A program made the translations under genes and the position numbers. Positions 62,353 through 64,000 of a stretch of 64,000 nt of DNA are shown here, in pieces. The DNA is taken from contig NC_058368.1 in the NCBI RefSeq assembly GCF_018350175.1, forward strand, positions 204,416,001 through 204,480,000, in the 5' to 3' direction. Origin of the DNA: Felis catus (taxonomy: Eukaryota). The notes beneath the pieces are model-generated. The model did not search any database. It was not told the DNA's origin and saw nothing but the letters and a program-made list of their open reading frames with translations. How positions within the stretch are numbered: position 1 is the first letter of the stretch; each line of letters starts with the position of its first letter.

Positions 62353-63378
62353 CTAGATTAAAAAAAAAAAAAAAAAAGAGTATCATATGTATTCAAAAAT
62401 CAAAAGTAAAACCATAAAACAAAGTAGTAAATTATATAAAGATCTTTCTTCATAATACAATCATAAGACTATATAAATTACGAAACTAAAGTCAGAACAT
62501 TCTAAGCAGCTATCTTGATAAATTTCAATTTCAATTAGACATGAACCCAAATCTTTACCTCAAAGACCTCATAAAGTCAATTTATAAAAGCCAGTTTATA
62601 AAACTAAAAGAGATAAGAGAAGCTTCTTACTACTTAAAGAGTGAAAGGCATATCGGATTCAGTTTAAACTGCTAAATATAAACACAACCCAAAAAGTTAT
62701 ACATCACTTGGAAAGAGAAAAAAAAAAAAAAAACAACAGAATAAACATAATGCTGGATGTATCTGCTATGGAAAACATGTTAATATGCCTAATATTTGGA
62801 AGCAGCAGATCTACAATAAGCAGATCTATAATAAATAGCTTGCCTTGAGGAGTCTATTTTCACTAAACAGAAAAGATACCCAAGCTACGTTTGTCTCCAT
62901 TGTAATGACAACTCCTAACACTGGTAAAGACCCCATTCGATTTGTACCCAAAGAGGGTAGAAATGCTGCAAAGGTATGTCTCACGTTCTCCCTCCAAGAC
63001 CATTTGGGAAGATAGAAACAATCAACACTTCTCAAATGATTGTTGTGAAAGGCTCCTCAAAGAAGTTTATGAGCAGAAAGCTATTAACCAAACATTTAGA
63101 GACATCCTATCTCCACGCCATCATCTTACACTAATGTGTGCAATAGGGAAACTTCAAGAGGCCGCAACAAGTTAAGATGTGATGATTATGTTGAAAGCAT
63201 GACTAGCCAACTAGCCTTCTGCAACACGGTCTATGTGAGTGGCCACTGACAAGTCCCCCCTCGTCCCAGCGCACACTCAATAGGCACAGTCCACAGAGGG
63301 TTGGGTATAAAAGGCTGGCGGGGGAAGGGGAGAGAACGGTAGCCACAAATTCACTGCTCTGCCCACCACCCTACCCAC

Positions 63379-63502
63379 CATCGACAATCAGGGTGATGTC
63401 AGTAAACCGATCTTGCTCTCGCTGTTCATTCAATCGGTCCAGGATCATTTTATGATGTTCCGGGAACTCCTGAAGGCATTCCATCGTCTCTTCGGCCTCC
63501 AT
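63379..63502 (-). CDS. ZNF131: ZNF131 first coding exon (exon about 63379-63517 including 15 nt 5' UTR); start of BTB/POZ domain
   Basis: Reverse complement reads ATG(63502) MEAEETMECLQEFPEHHKMILDRLNEQREQDRFTDITLIVD-G. Acceptor ttttgtag ends at 63518; donor G|GTGGGT at 63379/63378; 124 coding nt. Confidence 0.96.
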
Positions 63503-64000
63503 GGCCGTCGGGCTGCTCTACAAAAGAGGAGCATGATAATGTACACCCATGAGCTCGGGCCGAGGCACAAAACCCCTAAAGCATAAAACAACAAAACCCA
63601 AAACCCCAGCTACGTGAAAAGAAGGGGGGGGGGGGGGAAGGGTGAGGCAAGAGGAGAGGAAGGCGAGGGAAGAAAGAAAGGCGAGCCGGGTGGCCGCCGC
63701 GCGTTGGGGGCCGGAGCCACGGCCGCGGGACTCCGAGCCTGACCTAATTGGAGTCGGGAGACGCGAGCTGAAGCGGGGTGGGCAGAGCGCCGGAGGCTCC
63801 GGGCGCCGGGGCGCGCAAGTCCGGCAGGGGAAGGGACCCGACAGCCGTGGCGGCGCCCTAACGGCCCGCCAAGCCCCTCTGCCCGGCCCTGGCTCCTGCG
63901 GCCCCGGACCCGGTCCGGCCCGCGGCCCACAACGACTCCCGGGTCGCCTCTCCCTCCCCCGCCCTCCCTCTTCTCCCCCGCCCCGACCGGGCCGGCACTC
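63400..64000 (-). promoter_or_regulatory. ZNF131: ZNF131 5' CpG island (intron 1 and promoter-proximal; exon 1 probably beyond the window end)
   Basis: Very high GC and CpG density with GC boxes, directly upstream of the first coding exon. Confidence 0.85.

Noticed and set aside
1..64000. tRNA, rRNA, CRISPR or prokaryotic systems
   Set aside because: Sequence is mammalian; tRNA-like A/B boxes all belong to SINE heads; no repeat-spacer arrays or operons.

Overview
Mammalian genomic DNA, almost certainly a felid such as domestic cat, judged from abundant Can-SINE/SINEC_Fc and L1_Fc-type repeats. The right half carries the complete coding sequence of ZNF131 (BTB/POZ + C2H2 zinc-finger factor) on the minus strand: 6 coding exons, 63502 to 35204, 1875 nt = 624 aa, all GT-AG with matching phases, plus its 3' UTR and part of its 5' CpG island. 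A second CpG island at about 23.4-24.5 kb has a strong minus-strand splice donor and, by recalled human gene order (ZNF131 then NIM1K), is probably the NIM1K promoter and non-coding exon 1; bases 1 to about 23.9 kb would then be NIM1K intron 1 (no NIM1K coding exon seen). That intron holds a full-length, disabled NAA20 processed pseudogene. ZNF131 intron 4 holds an 8.8 kb nested composite: an old L1 interrupted by a two-LTR class III (ERVL, LTR40-like) provirus with gag/pro/pol and gamma-type env remnants, itself invaded by MLT1 and SINEs. I found no convincing wholly new biological system. The most notable observations are an in-frame exitron that removes ZNF131 finger 1, a SINE whose target-site duplication copied a ZNF131 splice donor, the env-bearing class III provirus, an RFX X-box cluster at the putative NIM1K promoter, and several unusual retrotransposition or repair footprints. 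Repeat family names are from recall of consensus sequences, not a database search.
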